From a virus (lineage: Duplodnaviria > Caudoviricetes): a DNA stretch of 51,760 nt. Below, in pieces: positions 1-9,697 of the stretch. The stretch is from the IMG/VR virus record IMGVR_UViG_3300007074_000016, positions 1 through 51,760 of that record; one strand, given 5' to 3'. How positions within the stretch are numbered: the first letter of the stretch is position 1; every line of letters starts with the position of its first letter. Made by a program: the position numbers and the translations under genes. The notes under the pieces were generated by a model. It worked only from the letters and a program-made list of their open reading frames with translations. It was not told the origin of the DNA and did no database searches.

Positions 1-2
1 AT

Positions 3-530
3 GGTATCACCTACACTAGCTGATGAAGGTAGTGTAACTGTAAAAGCTGCTGAAGTTGTATTGCAAGGATAAGCATAACCAGCTACTGCTGTAAATGCTG
101 TTGTTTGAACTGATTGCCATGCAGTTCCAGATGCTGGAGTTGTAGTTATTTCTTTATAAGTTTGGTCACCAGCTAAAAAAGTTGTTGAAGAAGCAGTTCC
201 TGAACCAAGTCTTGCTGGAGCTATCAGTCCAGTAAGCATATCTGTAGTTACACTATTTAAAGCTGGAGCAATAGTTCCTACACTTTTGCCTAAAAATACA
301 GCGTACATGACATCACTAGAACTTGTCGCGCTTGACAGAGTTAAAGTAGTTAAATTAGATACAGTGTAAGAACTGTTTGGATTTTGACGAATGTTATTTA
401 TGAAAAGAGCAATCTCTTGAGGATTAGTTACAGAAAAATTTAAAGTATAGGTTGTTGTTGCAGAAGTTGTAAAACTTTGCTTTTCTAGAGTCTGGTAAAA
501 TTCCGCTGGTGTGTTACCGATATAGGCCAA
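3..530 (-). CDS. Tail fibre-like structural protein (runs off the window edge)
   Basis: Not in ORF track. TTG start at 528-530 after GGAG. Reads MAYIGNTPAEFYQ...AWQSVQTTAFTAVAGYAYPCNTTSAAFTVTLPSSASVGDT, Thr/Ser-rich. The TVTLP domain resembles the one in 50216..50935. Confidence 0.75.
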   Translation of the reverse strand, partial: MAYIGNTPAEFYQTLEKQSFTTSATTTYTLNFSVTNPQEIALFINNIRQNPNSSYTVSNLTTLTLSSATSSSDVMYAVFLGKSVGTIAPALNSVTTDMLTGLIAPARLGSGTASSTTFLAGDQTYKEITTTPASGTAWQSVQTTAFTAVAGYAYPCNTTSAAFTVTLPSSASVGDT

Positions 531-540
531 GTATAACTCC

Positions 541-870
541 TTATGTACTTATTGTGTCTATGATTGAAACTACTGTGTCAAGTGAACTAGCTGTATCTGA
601 TACCGCTGCAATTTGATCTCCATCAGCTAATACAATTTTTGAACCCCCATCAATTAGTTCAAGCGAACCTCCAACACTTATGGGTGCTGACTTGATAAGA
701 TAGTAATTGGTTGATGATCTAATAATGTAAACATCTACATTGATTGCAGTTGTTGCTACGTTAGCACATCTAATACTTATCACTGTATCAAAACTATTAG
801 CTTCTGCTAAAATAACTGCTGCGGACGTTCCTGTAATTCTAGTTAATTGATTTCTAAAATTCTGTGCCAT
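541..870 (-). CDS. Small virion structural protein (beta-rich)
   Basis: 109 aa, in the tail cluster; similar to 46673..47017. Confidence 0.6.
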   Translation of the reverse strand: MAQNFRNQLTRITGTSAAVILAEANSFDTVISIRCANVATTAINVDVYIIRSSTNYYLIKSAPISVGGSLELIDGGSKIVLADGDQIAAVSDTASSLDTVVSIIDTIST

Positions 871-895
871 TTATAATCTCCTATTTATACTCATA

Positions 896-1939
896 CTATA
901 ATGCCACCGACATTGCAATTACAAAGCCTGCTGATGCACCTTCTGTTGGTTTGTCTACAAACGTTACTGCTCCTGAACCGTCTGTTTCTAAAATTTGATT
1001 GGCTGTGCCGTCTGAAGTTGGAAGCGTATATGCTCCATTGACATTAACAGTTCCCGTAGTTTGAATACCAGTATTCGTTGTACTAAGTTTTGCACTACCG
1101 CTGTAAGACAAAGTTGCTGTGCCTCCATTACTGAATGACGCTAAACTAGAACCAGATCTCCCTGTGAATATTATTGAATCAGATTTTACTTTTAAACTAT
1201 GACTTACGTTTGGTGTTTGAATTATGTTATCCGTGCCTCCACCAGATGTATCGTGAAAAATTTCTAAATCTGTGCCTGCACCAAAGACTGCTTTATCATC
1301 ATCACCAAAGTTAATATCAGCACTAGTTGTAAGACCATCAGTAGTTATAACACCAGTGACATCCACGCCTGTAGTTGTTGTTTCAAGTTTTACACTACCA
1401 CTATTATATAAATAAGCTGCAGTAGAACCTGCTGCAATAATATTTTGACTTGAACTGTTAGTTAATAAAGTACTACGACTAGAAGCAGCTTTTAATACTA
1501 TCTCACCAGTACCTCCTGTTTGATCAATAAAACTATTACTTCCATCATGATATATTTTTAAATCATTACCTATTCCTAGTTGTATTTTTTCATTATCTGC
1601 AAAATTAGTATTATCACTTGCATCTTTAATTACGGCTTTTGATGCTGGGAGAGTACAAAATACATCTTTTGTTCCTGCAGAAAAGTCAACAGCACTGTCA
1701 CTGTTTGAACTACTGATAATAGTTGTTCTTGTTAAAGTTGTTGAGTCACTATTTAAAGTTCCAAGGCCTACTTCAAACTCGGCTCCATCTTGAAGGGCTA
1801 TACAATAATAAGTAGTATTGGAATTACCAATTCCTACTGCAAAAGTTTCAAAACCTGTAACAGCTGTGCCTAATGCAAAGGCGGTTGTACCAGTTGTAGT
1901 ACTTGTTTCTTTAACTCTGTCATTAACAATTAATGCCAT
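896..1939 (-). CDS. Tail fibre-like protein
   Basis: N-term MALIVNDRVKETSTTTGT, two internal DNEKIQLG/DDDKAVFG...L.I.HD repeats, C-term FVIAMSVAL; Gly/Thr/Ser-rich. Confidence 0.7.
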   Translation of the reverse strand: MALIVNDRVKETSTTTGTTAFALGTAVTGFETFAVGIGNSNTTYYCIALQDGAEFEVGLGTLNSDSTTLTRTTIISSSNSDSAVDFSAGTKDVFCTLPASKAVIKDASDNTNFADNEKIQLGIGNDLKIYHDGSNSFIDQTGGTGEIVLKAASSRSTLLTNSSSQNIIAAGSTAAYLYNSGSVKLETTTTGVDVTGVITTDGLTTSADINFGDDDKAVFGAGTDLEIFHDTSGGGTDNIIQTPNVSHSLKVKSDSIIFTGRSGSSLASFSNGGTATLSYSGSAKLSTTNTGIQTTGTVNVNGAYTLPTSDGTANQILETDGSGAVTFVDKPTEGASAGFVIAMSVAL

Positions 1940-1947
1940 AAGTTATC

Positions 1948-2409
1948 CTATGATAATCTTATTATAGCTGTACTTGTACCAGGCGCTGGAAACTGAACAG
2001 TGAAGGTTCCGTTAGTAGCTGTAAAGTCAGCACCAAAAGCTAAAATACAAATGGCATTTGTAGTGTTTGTTCCACCGTCTGCTGTTGTATTATAAATCAT
2101 TGCTCCGTTAGCTGTAAAACTTGCTGAAGTCCATTGTGCATCGTTGCTCCAATCAACATAAGCTGTAGAAGCCGAAGATCCTCCTGTAACTGATTGACCT
2201 GTTAATGCCTCACCTCCAGCTACATAAGCTGAACCTGATGTATTAGTAACTTCATTAGTTGTATTATATCCTGTAGTTGCAGCTCCTAAACTTGCGGTTG
2301 ACGTAAACAACGCTATTTTATATGAGTCACCGCCACTAGCAGAAAAATCGTGATATCCTTGTAGTAGCTCACTTTTAAAAGTGTTGCAAACTGCTTGTAC
2401 TATTGCCAT
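1948..2409 (-). CDS. Virion structural protein
   Basis: 153 aa, Thr/Ala/Gly-rich, between neck and fibre genes. Confidence 0.6.
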   Translation of the reverse strand: MAIVQAVCNTFKSELLQGYHDFSASGGDSYKIALFTSTASLGAATTGYNTTNEVTNTSGSAYVAGGEALTGQSVTGGSSASTAYVDWSNDAQWTSASFTANGAMIYNTTADGGTNTTNAICILAFGADFTATNGTFTVQFPAPGTSTAIIRLS

Positions 2410-2422
2410 TTTTTAATCTCCT

Positions 2423-3103
2423 CTATGGTTGTTGTGATGGTAGCGGAAGTCTTATAACACCGTCTTGGTATTCATCTCTTCTTCTTCTACCTTGTTGTTC
2501 TAATGCAAGTCGCTGTACCGCTTCTTGATAGCTTTTTTCATATTGAGCAAGTAGATCATATGGCCCTTTTAAAAACTTAAAAGCCTGTATTAAACAGCCA
2601 TATAATAAAACTTGTGGTGCATTAGTACTAACCCATGTAGTAGTGTTTGTACTAGATAACCCTATTTCATTACGATTCAAAGCAAGTTCTATATTATACG
2701 CAGAATCTGGTGTAGGTGCAAGATATATTGTGTCTTGATCCCACATAGCATAGTATTTTGGAGAACCTTGCGTTGTTCTATTAGGCCAGTATTCTGTCAT
2801 ATAACTAATATCTTTTTGTAATAAGTAACTTCTGACATTTGCTTGAGCTCCTGTAGGACTATAAAAACTAGCTGTTCTTACAAAAGCCATAGTGCCCGGT
2901 GTTTGTCCAGGCAGTGATACAAATTCATTTCCTTGAGTTAAAGTTGTGTATTGATATGATCTAAAACAATCTAAATCTACTTCTCTAAATACTCTAATTT
3001 CTGCTTGTAGTATTACATCATTTACAATTGTTTGTGTTAAAACAGTACTATCTGTTTCGGTATAACTTCTAATTTGTTCTACTAATTCAGCATAGGTTGT
3101 CAT
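2423..3103 (-). CDS. Putative head-tail adaptor protein
   Basis: MTTYAEL...G.PKYYA...IYLAPTPDSAY...LLYGCL pattern typical of phage adaptors; position. Confidence 0.6.
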   Translation of the reverse strand: MTTYAELVEQIRSYTETDSTVLTQTIVNDVILQAEIRVFREVDLDCFRSYQYTTLTQGNEFVSLPGQTPGTMAFVRTASFYSPTGAQANVRSYLLQKDISYMTEYWPNRTTQGSPKYYAMWDQDTIYLAPTPDSAYNIELALNRNEIGLSSTNTTTWVSTNAPQVLLYGCLIQAFKFLKGPYDLLAQYEKSYQEAVQRLALEQQGRRRRDEYQDGVIRLPLPSQQP

Positions 3104-3546
3104 GATATTACCACTGTAACTGTTCCTGAACGAGATGACAATAGAATTTCTTTATTAGGCTGCTCTACACTTAAAGGCATCATACTTCTTTGTTTTATTA
3201 CTGTCCCATTAGAAAGAGTAACTTCCTGTATTAAAGTTTCATAACTGTTGGTAGCTAAACCGTTTCCAAATCCACTATATGTTCCTTTTTGAGGACTACC
3301 TACATTTGAATTAACAATTCCACTTCCTACATAAACTATATTATTTACAACTTGAGGTCTTGCATGTTGTAGTGCTTGAAAATCTGTAGGATGGTTTTTA
3401 GGATCTAGTTGAGGTTGTTTAGGTTCAAATTCTGAAACATGTACCCAAGAGCCATTCCATTCTTGAACCATTTCATTATAAGGAAATGATTGACCTGAAC
3501 GATCTGATAATCTTAAAGCAAATTTTCCAGATGCATACTTACCCAT
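3100..3546 (-). CDS. Hypothetical protein in neck cluster
   Basis: 148 aa ORF coupled to its neighbours. Confidence 0.6.
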   Translation of the reverse strand: MGKYASGKFALRLSDRSGQSFPYNEMVQEWNGSWVHVSEFEPKQPQLDPKNHPTDFQALQHARPQVVNNIVYVGSGIVNSNVGSPQKGTYSGFGNGLATNSYETLIQEVTLSNGTVIKQRSMMPLSVEQPNKEILLSSRSGTVTVVIS

Positions 3547-3548
3547 GA

Positions 3549-4286
3549 CTACCTTATATAATTATGGCGAGGAACCATACTGTAACTTGCCTTTTCTACA
3601 TCCTCGTTAGCAGCTCTTGTAAATTCTTCTTCATAAACTGCTTTTAAAATTTGAATTCTGTCAGGTGCATATTTCATAGAAACATAATAAGCTAAACCTG
3701 AAACAAGACATGGTAAAAATCTAAAAGGTATTTGTGCATTGTTTGTGTAGTCATCTAAATCTGTCATTCTAATCGAAGCATAGTATTTTAATGTGTAAGT
3801 GGCATCAGCCGCTGGAAATAAATAAAGTGTTGGAAGAATAGTTCTCTCAAAATAAAATTGACTAGGTCTACCTTCAGTTGTTTTAACAGTGTAATCCGAA
3901 TAAGTTTCTCTTCCTATTCTAGTCATAGAAAAATCACCATTGTTGTTTGACATTGTTGCGCTTTGAACATCTACAATTTGAGAACTTGCGTTATCATCTG
4001 TTGTAGCATTTCCTGCAGCGTCTACGCTGTAAAGATCTGATCCTGAAATTGATTGTGTTCCTTTTACAATAGTAGCTGTACGGGATTGAATAGTCCAAAG
4101 ATTTAATCCTCTGTTTGCCCATTCGGCAATCATAAGATTAACTGAACGCCTTGCACTTTTTAATTGATAACCAGTTCTATCTTGTAAACCACATCTTTCA
4201 AAAGCTTCTTCTACAAGCATATCTAAATCTAAAATAAATCCAGCTGTTGTAGAATAGGTTGGTGTTTTAGTATTCAATCCCGACAT
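3549..4286 (-). CDS. Putative head-tail adaptor / neck protein
   Basis: EEAFERCG...W.NRGLNLW...GRPSQFY...LYLFP...PFRFLPCLVSGLAYY. Confidence 0.6.
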   Translation of the reverse strand: MSGLNTKTPTYSTTAGFILDLDMLVEEAFERCGLQDRTGYQLKSARRSVNLMIAEWANRGLNLWTIQSRTATIVKGTQSISGSDLYSVDAAGNATTDDNASSQIVDVQSATMSNNNGDFSMTRIGRETYSDYTVKTTEGRPSQFYFERTILPTLYLFPAADATYTLKYYASIRMTDLDDYTNNAQIPFRFLPCLVSGLAYYVSMKYAPDRIQILKAVYEEEFTRAANEDVEKASYSMVPRHNYIR

Positions 4287-4290
4287 CTAA

Positions 4291-4434
4291 TTACTTAGCC
4301 ATACCTTTGCCGCGCTTAGCTACTCCGCCACCACGTTTTTTAATAACTTGTTTTTTCTTAGCAGTCATTCCGCCCATAGCTAGTTTAACAGGCTTGCCGC
4401 CTCTTTTCATAGCCATTTTCTTTTTTCCCATCAT
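4291..4434 (-). CDS. 47 aa Lys/Gly-rich basic protein with three xxGG motifs
   Basis: Below the ORF-track cutoff. MMGKKKMAMKRGGKPVKLAMGGMTAKKKQVIKKRGGGVAKRGKGMAK; AAGGAG RBS; start overlaps the upstream stop. Confidence 0.8.
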   Translation of the reverse strand: MMGKKKMAMKRGGKPVKLAMGGMTAKKKQVIKKRGGGVAKRGKGMAK

Positions 4435-5012
4435 GATAGATCTCCTTTGATCAAATTATATCTATTTCTTCGAGTTTCTACGACATCTTTATAGTACTCG
4501 TTAGGCCATTTTTTATAATATCCTAATCGCTTTAATTTATCAGAAGCTTCCTCTAATTGCGAGAACTTTTGTACTAACATCATAGAATATTTTAAATCAC
4601 TCTCTACTTCCGGTACTTTACCTTCAGGTTCGACTAAAAAAGCTTGATCTTGGCTAGTAGCAGGATTGTGTGGATGAAATGACATAAAATACATATTTAT
4701 TTTATTATACTTATCGTTGTATGTTTCTGTAATTTCATGAAGTTTATTTGGTGTATAACTGTAATAAGGATCACAAAATATTAAAATTTCTTTTTCTTTA
4801 AAATCTAATTTATATATTAGTTCATTTAATTCTTTTTTATACTGATAGTTTTTGATTTTTACTTCTACTTGAACTTTATTATCTAACCATGCTTTTTTAG
4901 CAAAAGGACATGCTGGAAACCCACCAAGATGTTTGTTAGAAACTTCAAGAAAATGTTTAGACCATAATTTAACATCTTCTTTTATTTTCCTTGCTGATTG
5001 TAACGTTTCCAT
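4431..5012 (-). CDS. Hypothetical protein (DUF1415-like CPFAK motif)
   Basis: CPFAKKAW and FHP motifs. Confidence 0.55.
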   Translation of the reverse strand: METLQSARKIKEDVKLWSKHFLEVSNKHLGGFPACPFAKKAWLDNKVQVEVKIKNYQYKKELNELIYKLDFKEKEILIFCDPYYSYTPNKLHEITETYNDKYNKINMYFMSFHPHNPATSQDQAFLVEPEGKVPEVESDLKYSMMLVQKFSQLEEASDKLKRLGYYKKWPNEYYKDVVETRRNRYNLIKGDLS

Positions 5013-5116
5013 GACCTTCTTTTGTGTTTGTTTAAAGGTTTAGATCTTTTGGAATGACCTATACTAGTTCTTTTTTTATGAGGAGTAAAATATTCAGAAT
5101 TATTTTTTTGAGTCAT
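4982..5116 (-). CDS. 44 aa highly basic protein
   Basis: Hand translation MTQKNNSEYFTPHKKRTSIGHSKRSKPLNKHKRRSWKRYNQQGK. Confidence 0.65.
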   Translation of the reverse strand: MTQKNNSEYFTPHKKRTSIGHSKRSKPLNKHKRRSWKRYNQQGK

Positions 5117-5182
5117 TTTATTATTTTATATAAAAATTTTATAATTTGATATGTAAAAATAGATCCTCGCGGGGGGTGCACT

Positions 5183-5665
5183 TTATTTCATATTTGCCAA
5201 AGGATTAGCTAAAGTTTTTTGTATCATATCTGCCACTTTTTTTTCTAACTCAATCATTTCTTCTTTAATATCTTTAATTGCATTTTTAATGTCGGCTTGA
5301 TTTTCACGAGAATCTTGTTTTTGATTCTGCTCCACGTCTTCTATTATAGATTCAACTCTTCTTAAATCTGTGCGAAGGTCATTTTTTAGTTCATTGGCCA
5401 CATCTGATACTAAAGTTATTTCGGCAATCATCATTGCCATTTCACTAGATATAATACCTACTTTTTGTTCTATAAGAGCTAATTCTTTTTCCAAACCCGA
5501 AAGGTCCGGGGCTGAATATGACAGCATTACAGATTTCATATCTTGGTAATCCTTGAAAGCGACAAAGCCGCCATACAACGACCCTACAAGGGTCCCAAGA
5601 GCAAGTAAGATACCAAAGACCTTACCACCTTTAAATTTTAATCCTGCGAATTCTAATTCTGCCAT
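5183..5665 (-). CDS. Membrane-anchored coiled-coil protein
   Basis: N-term hydrophobic segment VFGILLALGTLVGSLYGGFVAF, then heptad-rich helix. Confidence 0.7.
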   Translation of the reverse strand: MAELEFAGLKFKGGKVFGILLALGTLVGSLYGGFVAFKDYQDMKSVMLSYSAPDLSGLEKELALIEQKVGIISSEMAMMIAEITLVSDVANELKNDLRTDLRRVESIIEDVEQNQKQDSRENQADIKNAIKDIKEEMIELEKKVADMIQKTLANPLANMK

Positions 5666-7038
5666 TATTTATATTGACTGTCTACTAGTTGATCCATTAG
5701 ACTGTTGCTTCCTCCAAATAAAAAATATTGTGCCATATTATTAGTGGGTATCATAGTATCAGGTAAGGACTCATTAGTAAAGAATCCTTCTACACCTTGT
5801 AGTACAATATTACTTTCAAAAAAAGTTTTAGTATCACCTAATACTTGCATAACTATTAATGTTTTAATTTGATTACCCTCTTCATATCTACCTTTATCAC
5901 CCATATCTTTTACTATTTTTGTAGCTGCTTTCTGTTTAGGTGTGGTTTCTTTTTTAGGTTCTTCAACTTTTTCTGATTTAGTTTCTATTTCAGGTTCTTT
6001 AATATCTTCTTGAATAGGTTCTATTTCTTCTGGTTCAGTAGATTCTTTATCCATAGAAGTTTCCATATCAGGTTCATCTTCCACGACTTTCGGCATATCC
6101 ATAGCTTGTTCTTTTGTTGTTTCAATTTCCATCTCCATTTCTATTTCCATTGAGGCTACTGTAATTTCTTCAGGCATTTCCATTTTAAAATCCATCTCAA
6201 ACTCTTGCATTTCTATTTCTACAGACTCAAAAGAAAATTCTTCTGGAGTTGATTCAATAGGCTCAAAATTAAAATCATCTGTAGTTTCATTGTTTTCAAA
6301 AATGATTTCAGCAACATCATTAGCATCTTGACCATAATCAAGAATTAAAAACTCTTCTAAATCTTTAATTTGTTGTGTAACAATTGTACTAACTACATTA
6401 TAAAGTATGTTGATTGAAACATCGTCAAACAAAACTCCAACAGCCAGGTTAATATCTTTTCCACCTATCTCAATTGTAATAGTTTTTAAAATACCACCGA
6501 AATCAAATCCACCTGTATATGACTGATAGCCTGTGGTAGCTCCAGTTTCAGATAAGATATCAGTTCCTGTAAATATTTGTTCATTTCCGTTATTACCATT
6601 AATTTTCATATAGATACTATCTTGTGAATCTTGTTTATCAACTTTGATTGTGTAATTAGTTCTACCACCATTTGTAATATCTAATGAGGATATATCAACT
6701 TCTTGATAAAAAGTTGTTAGAGTACTATCTGTAATTTCTGCACATTTGTCTGTACCTAATTCATTACAATAGCTACCACTAGGCATTGAAGCAGAGCCTT
6801 TTCCACCCCAGTCTATAGACATTGAACCATCTTTAGAATTGGTTACAAATCCATTGTCGCTATCTAATAAATCACCACTATCTTTGTTCTCAATAGTAGT
6901 TTCTATTATTTCTGTAGTAGTATTTTCTGTGGTTATACCTTCAGTACAAAGACCTATTGTTTCAGTGGTACATTCAGCTTGAAGGCTAGAGTAAAAGCAA
7001 CAAAGTAATACCACCAATAATGTATTTCTTAATATCAT
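5665..7038 (-). CDS. Secreted acidic protein
   Basis: Signal-peptide-like N-term, beta-rich domain with Cys pairs, Glu-rich linker. Confidence 0.7.
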   Translation of the reverse strand: MILRNTLLVVLLCCFYSSLQAECTTETIGLCTEGITTENTTTEIIETTIENKDSGDLLDSDNGFVTNSKDGSMSIDWGGKGSASMPSGSYCNELGTDKCAEITDSTLTTFYQEVDISSLDITNGGRTNYTIKVDKQDSQDSIYMKINGNNGNEQIFTGTDILSETGATTGYQSYTGGFDFGGILKTITIEIGGKDINLAVGVLFDDVSINILYNVVSTIVTQQIKDLEEFLILDYGQDANDVAEIIFENNETTDDFNFEPIESTPEEFSFESVEIEMQEFEMDFKMEMPEEITVASMEIEMEMEIETTKEQAMDMPKVVEDEPDMETSMDKESTEPEEIEPIQEDIKEPEIETKSEKVEEPKKETTPKQKAATKIVKDMGDKGRYEEGNQIKTLIVMQVLGDTKTFFESNIVLQGVEGFFTNESLPDTMIPTNNMAQYFLFGGSNSLMDQLVDSQYK

Positions 7039-7534
7039 TGTGTCTTTCCACTATATGTTCCTTTTTTAAAATTTTTTCTTCTTCTTTTTTTAAAGCTTCA
7101 AAAACTTGACTACCTTTTGGTACCATGGCAGGATTGTCTAGCCATCCTTGTTTAGCATCTTCACCAATAGCACCCATGTACGGACAAAAAGTTGATGACA
7201 TCCACATTGCATCGAAGATTCTGTAGTCAGCACAGAGCGTAGAGACTGCAGCCACTTTCATGCCCATGCCAAATAAACTTCGAGATAACTTAATCATTTC
7301 ACAATTAGTATCTTTGATTGTTATACCAGAACTAATACCTAAGACTTGAGTTTGAACACTCCCAGAATATCCACTCGTACATACATCTGAATTATTAACC
7401 ACGACACTTGGACTATTAGCTGTAGGGGGTGTATTGTTTGTAACAACGGTTGAAGACACAGTGTTTGAGTCTGCTGCTTCTATTTTATAAGTACATGAAA
7501 CCAGTAAAAAAAGTAATAAAATATATTTTAACAT
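6986..7534 (-). CDS. Secreted/lipoprotein-like Cys-containing protein
   Basis: Start moved to ATG 7534 (MLKYILLLFLLVSC) because the track start lies inside a terminator hairpin; hydrophobic C-term. Confidence 0.65.
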   Translation of the reverse strand: MLKYILLLFLLVSCTYKIEAADSNTVSSTVVTNNTPPTANSPSVVVNNSDVCTSGYSGSVQTQVLGISSGITIKDTNCEMIKLSRSLFGMGMKVAAVSTLCADYRIFDAMWMSSTFCPYMGAIGEDAKQGWLDNPAMVPKGSQVFEALKKEEEKILKKEHIVERHNDIKKYIIGGITLLLLL

Positions 7535-7543
7535 ATCCCTTGT

Positions 7544-7570
7544 AAAGGGCGCAGTCATTACACTACGCCC
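7544..7570 (-). terminator. Probable intrinsic terminator (weak U tract)
   Basis: Minus strand GGGCGUAGU-GUAAUG-ACUGCGCCC-UUU just after 7584..8039. Confidence 0.6.
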
Positions 7571-7583
7571 AGATTGTTAATGT

Positions 7584-8039
7584 TTATGCTAAGGCTTTAT
7601 TTTGTAAATATACAACAGTCACTGATGCAACACCAGTTGTGCCGTCAGCATTTTGACCATCATAAGAAGCTACAACAGATATATCTGAAGTTCCTACGTT
7701 AGTAGCTTCTGCATCTAATGTACCGTGTGTTGTTGCTAAAGCTTCAACGTTTACAGCACTAAGAAATGCATTTGGGTCAGCTGCTGTTCCAACGTTAACT
7801 ACTGAAGTGCCTGAATCATTTGCTACTGTTGTTACGTTTAAAATAACATCAATAATTTGTGAATTTGCAGGAATCTGCGCAACAGTTGTTGTATTGTCTG
7901 CTCCAATAATGTCGATCATTGCTGATTGAGCCATTACAACGAAACCTACGTTTGCTGTAATAGTATTGCCGTCTGTGTTTTGGTATGTATCAGGTATTGT
8001 TCCAGCTTTAATTGGTCCTGAAAATCTTGTAGTTCCCAT
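7584..8039 (-). CDS. Putative capsid decoration / minor capsid protein
   Basis: Directly downstream of MCP, GGAGG RBS, beta-rich. Confidence 0.6.
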   Translation of the reverse strand: MGTTRFSGPIKAGTIPDTYQNTDGNTITANVGFVVMAQSAMIDIIGADNTTTVAQIPANSQIIDVILNVTTVANDSGTSVVNVGTAADPNAFLSAVNVEALATTHGTLDAEATNVGTSDISVVASYDGQNADGTTGVASVTVVYLQNKALA

Positions 8040-8098
8040 GTCAACCTCCTTGTGTGTTGTCTAACTTAATTGTTAGTCTTGGTTACTTTATTATAGAT

Positions 8099-8129
8099 AA
8101 AAAAAAGGGCGCAGTAAAGCGCCCTTTTT
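8099..8129 (-). terminator. Intrinsic (bidirectional) terminator after MCP
   Basis: AAAAAAAAGGGCGC-AGTAAA-GCGCCCTTTTT. Confidence 0.85.
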
Positions 8130-8150
8130 AATTTTAAGTTTTTTTAAAAC

Positions 8151-9053
8151 CTATGATCCTTGAGAACCATAAACACAACGTGGATCTGAATAGCCGTAGC
8201 TATATCTCTCACGAGCTTTATATCTCATGTTACCTGTATCAAAGTCGCCTTCCATACCTGTAGCAAGAGCTGATCTTGTGAAGTGTTTAAATCCGTTAGG
8301 ACAATCAGTCTTTAAGAACCATGCGTCTGTGTCTGTTAAATAATGGTTAACTGTGTAACCTTCAGGTAACATACCCATGTTTCTCATAGCGTTGATATCG
8401 TTATCAGCTGTACCGACTCTAAGAGTTGTATTTAAAATTCTATCGGTTACGAATTGGCTGTTTACAGGAATAATTAACTTCCTACCATTCATAGCGACTT
8501 TTAAACCTCTTTCATCAATAAAAGCTGCAATATCGATCATACCCTGTTCAAGGGATGTTTCACTAATATCAGCATCAGTAGCACTTCTGTTTGAGAAGTT
8601 ACCACCAAGAGTTGTAGGATGCGCTGTGTTTACTAAAGACACACCATCACCACCTGCGGTAGCGAAAGCTGTGTTTAGTACGTTTGCACCTTTAACTTGC
8701 TTTGTGTATGCCATAGATCTTGCTAAGGCTTTAGTGTAACGAGCTGATAAAGTATCATAAAGGTTATCCTCTACTGCTTCCTCAGTAAGAGCAAATGCTA
8801 ATGCAATTGTCTCATGAGTATATCTTGCAGTAAAAGATTCTTTAGCAGTATCAAATTGAACTGCTGAACCTTCAGCTTTAACCGCTGCTTCACCAAAACC
8901 TACTAACATTACTTCTTCTTCAAAAGCTCTGTCAGAAGATTCTTGACTAAAAATCTCGGCAGCTTCGTTTTCATAACGAGCGTACTCGAGTCCAAAGAGG
9001 GCGTTCAGGCCTGGTTCTAGCTCTTTGGCTAATTGACTTCTATTTATTGCCAT
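8151..9053 (-). CDS. Major capsid protein (HK97 fold)
   Basis: MAINRSQLAKELEPGLNALFG...EEAVEDNLY...YKARERYSYG.SDPR; follows scaffold; strong terminator downstream. Confidence 0.9.
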   Translation of the reverse strand: MAINRSQLAKELEPGLNALFGLEYARYENEAAEIFSQESSDRAFEEEVMLVGFGEAAVKAEGSAVQFDTAKESFTARYTHETIALAFALTEEAVEDNLYDTLSARYTKALARSMAYTKQVKGANVLNTAFATAGGDGVSLVNTAHPTTLGGNFSNRSATDADISETSLEQGMIDIAAFIDERGLKVAMNGRKLIIPVNSQFVTDRILNTTLRVGTADNDINAMRNMGMLPEGYTVNHYLTDTDAWFLKTDCPNGFKHFTRSALATGMEGDFDTGNMRYKARERYSYGYSDPRCVYGSQGS

Positions 9054-9063
9054 TTTCTATCTC

Positions 9064-9648
9064 CTATATGCCCACTGTACCAGTACCGCCCATCATTACG
9101 TGATTATTAATTTTAATCACAAAGATTGAATTACTTTCTCCGATTGTGTTCGATGGAACATCGTAGAAGTTAAGCAATCTTACTTGATGAGTTGCAGTGG
9201 CAGCGCCTGTGTTTGAATCAATTTCAACACCTGAAACACCAGTAATTGTACTGCCTGCTCCAAATGTTAAATTGGCGTTTAAGTTTATTGAACTTGTACC
9301 TAGCTCAGATCCTACTGAATCTTGCTGTGCAATGAACAACTGTTGAGGATCGTCACATACAAAAGCTTTAGCATCAGTTGTTGCTAAACTTGCTGGTATG
9401 TAAGCGTTCCATGTTGGTTTGTTAGTAGTTGGATCAGTGTAGAAACCACCCATAAATACTCCTAGAAGAGCGTCACTTGCTGTTGCCACCTCTACAGTAC
9501 CGTCATTTTTTGGTTTGACGGGATCACCTGTGAAGATCGCAGTAGTTTGTGAGCCACCTACGAGATATTGAGTTTGTCCACCATTATTCGGATTCTGACC
9601 ATTCTTCGCTATCGGTCTAAGACCGAATGGGGCATCTATATTTGCCAT
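9064..9648 (-). CDS. Capsid-associated protein (cement/decoration-like)
   Basis: MANIDAPFGLRP N-term; between scaffold and MCP. Confidence 0.6.
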   Translation of the reverse strand: MANIDAPFGLRPIAKNGQNPNNGGQTQYLVGGSQTTAIFTGDPVKPKNDGTVEVATASDALLGVFMGGFYTDPTTNKPTWNAYIPASLATTDAKAFVCDDPQQLFIAQQDSVGSELGTSSINLNANLTFGAGSTITGVSGVEIDSNTGAATATHQVRLLNFYDVPSNTIGESNSIFVIKINNHVMMGGTGTVGI

Positions 9649-9697
9649 TGTTTATCATCCTTTACAATAATAGATTTGATGGCAAAAAGTCTAATCA

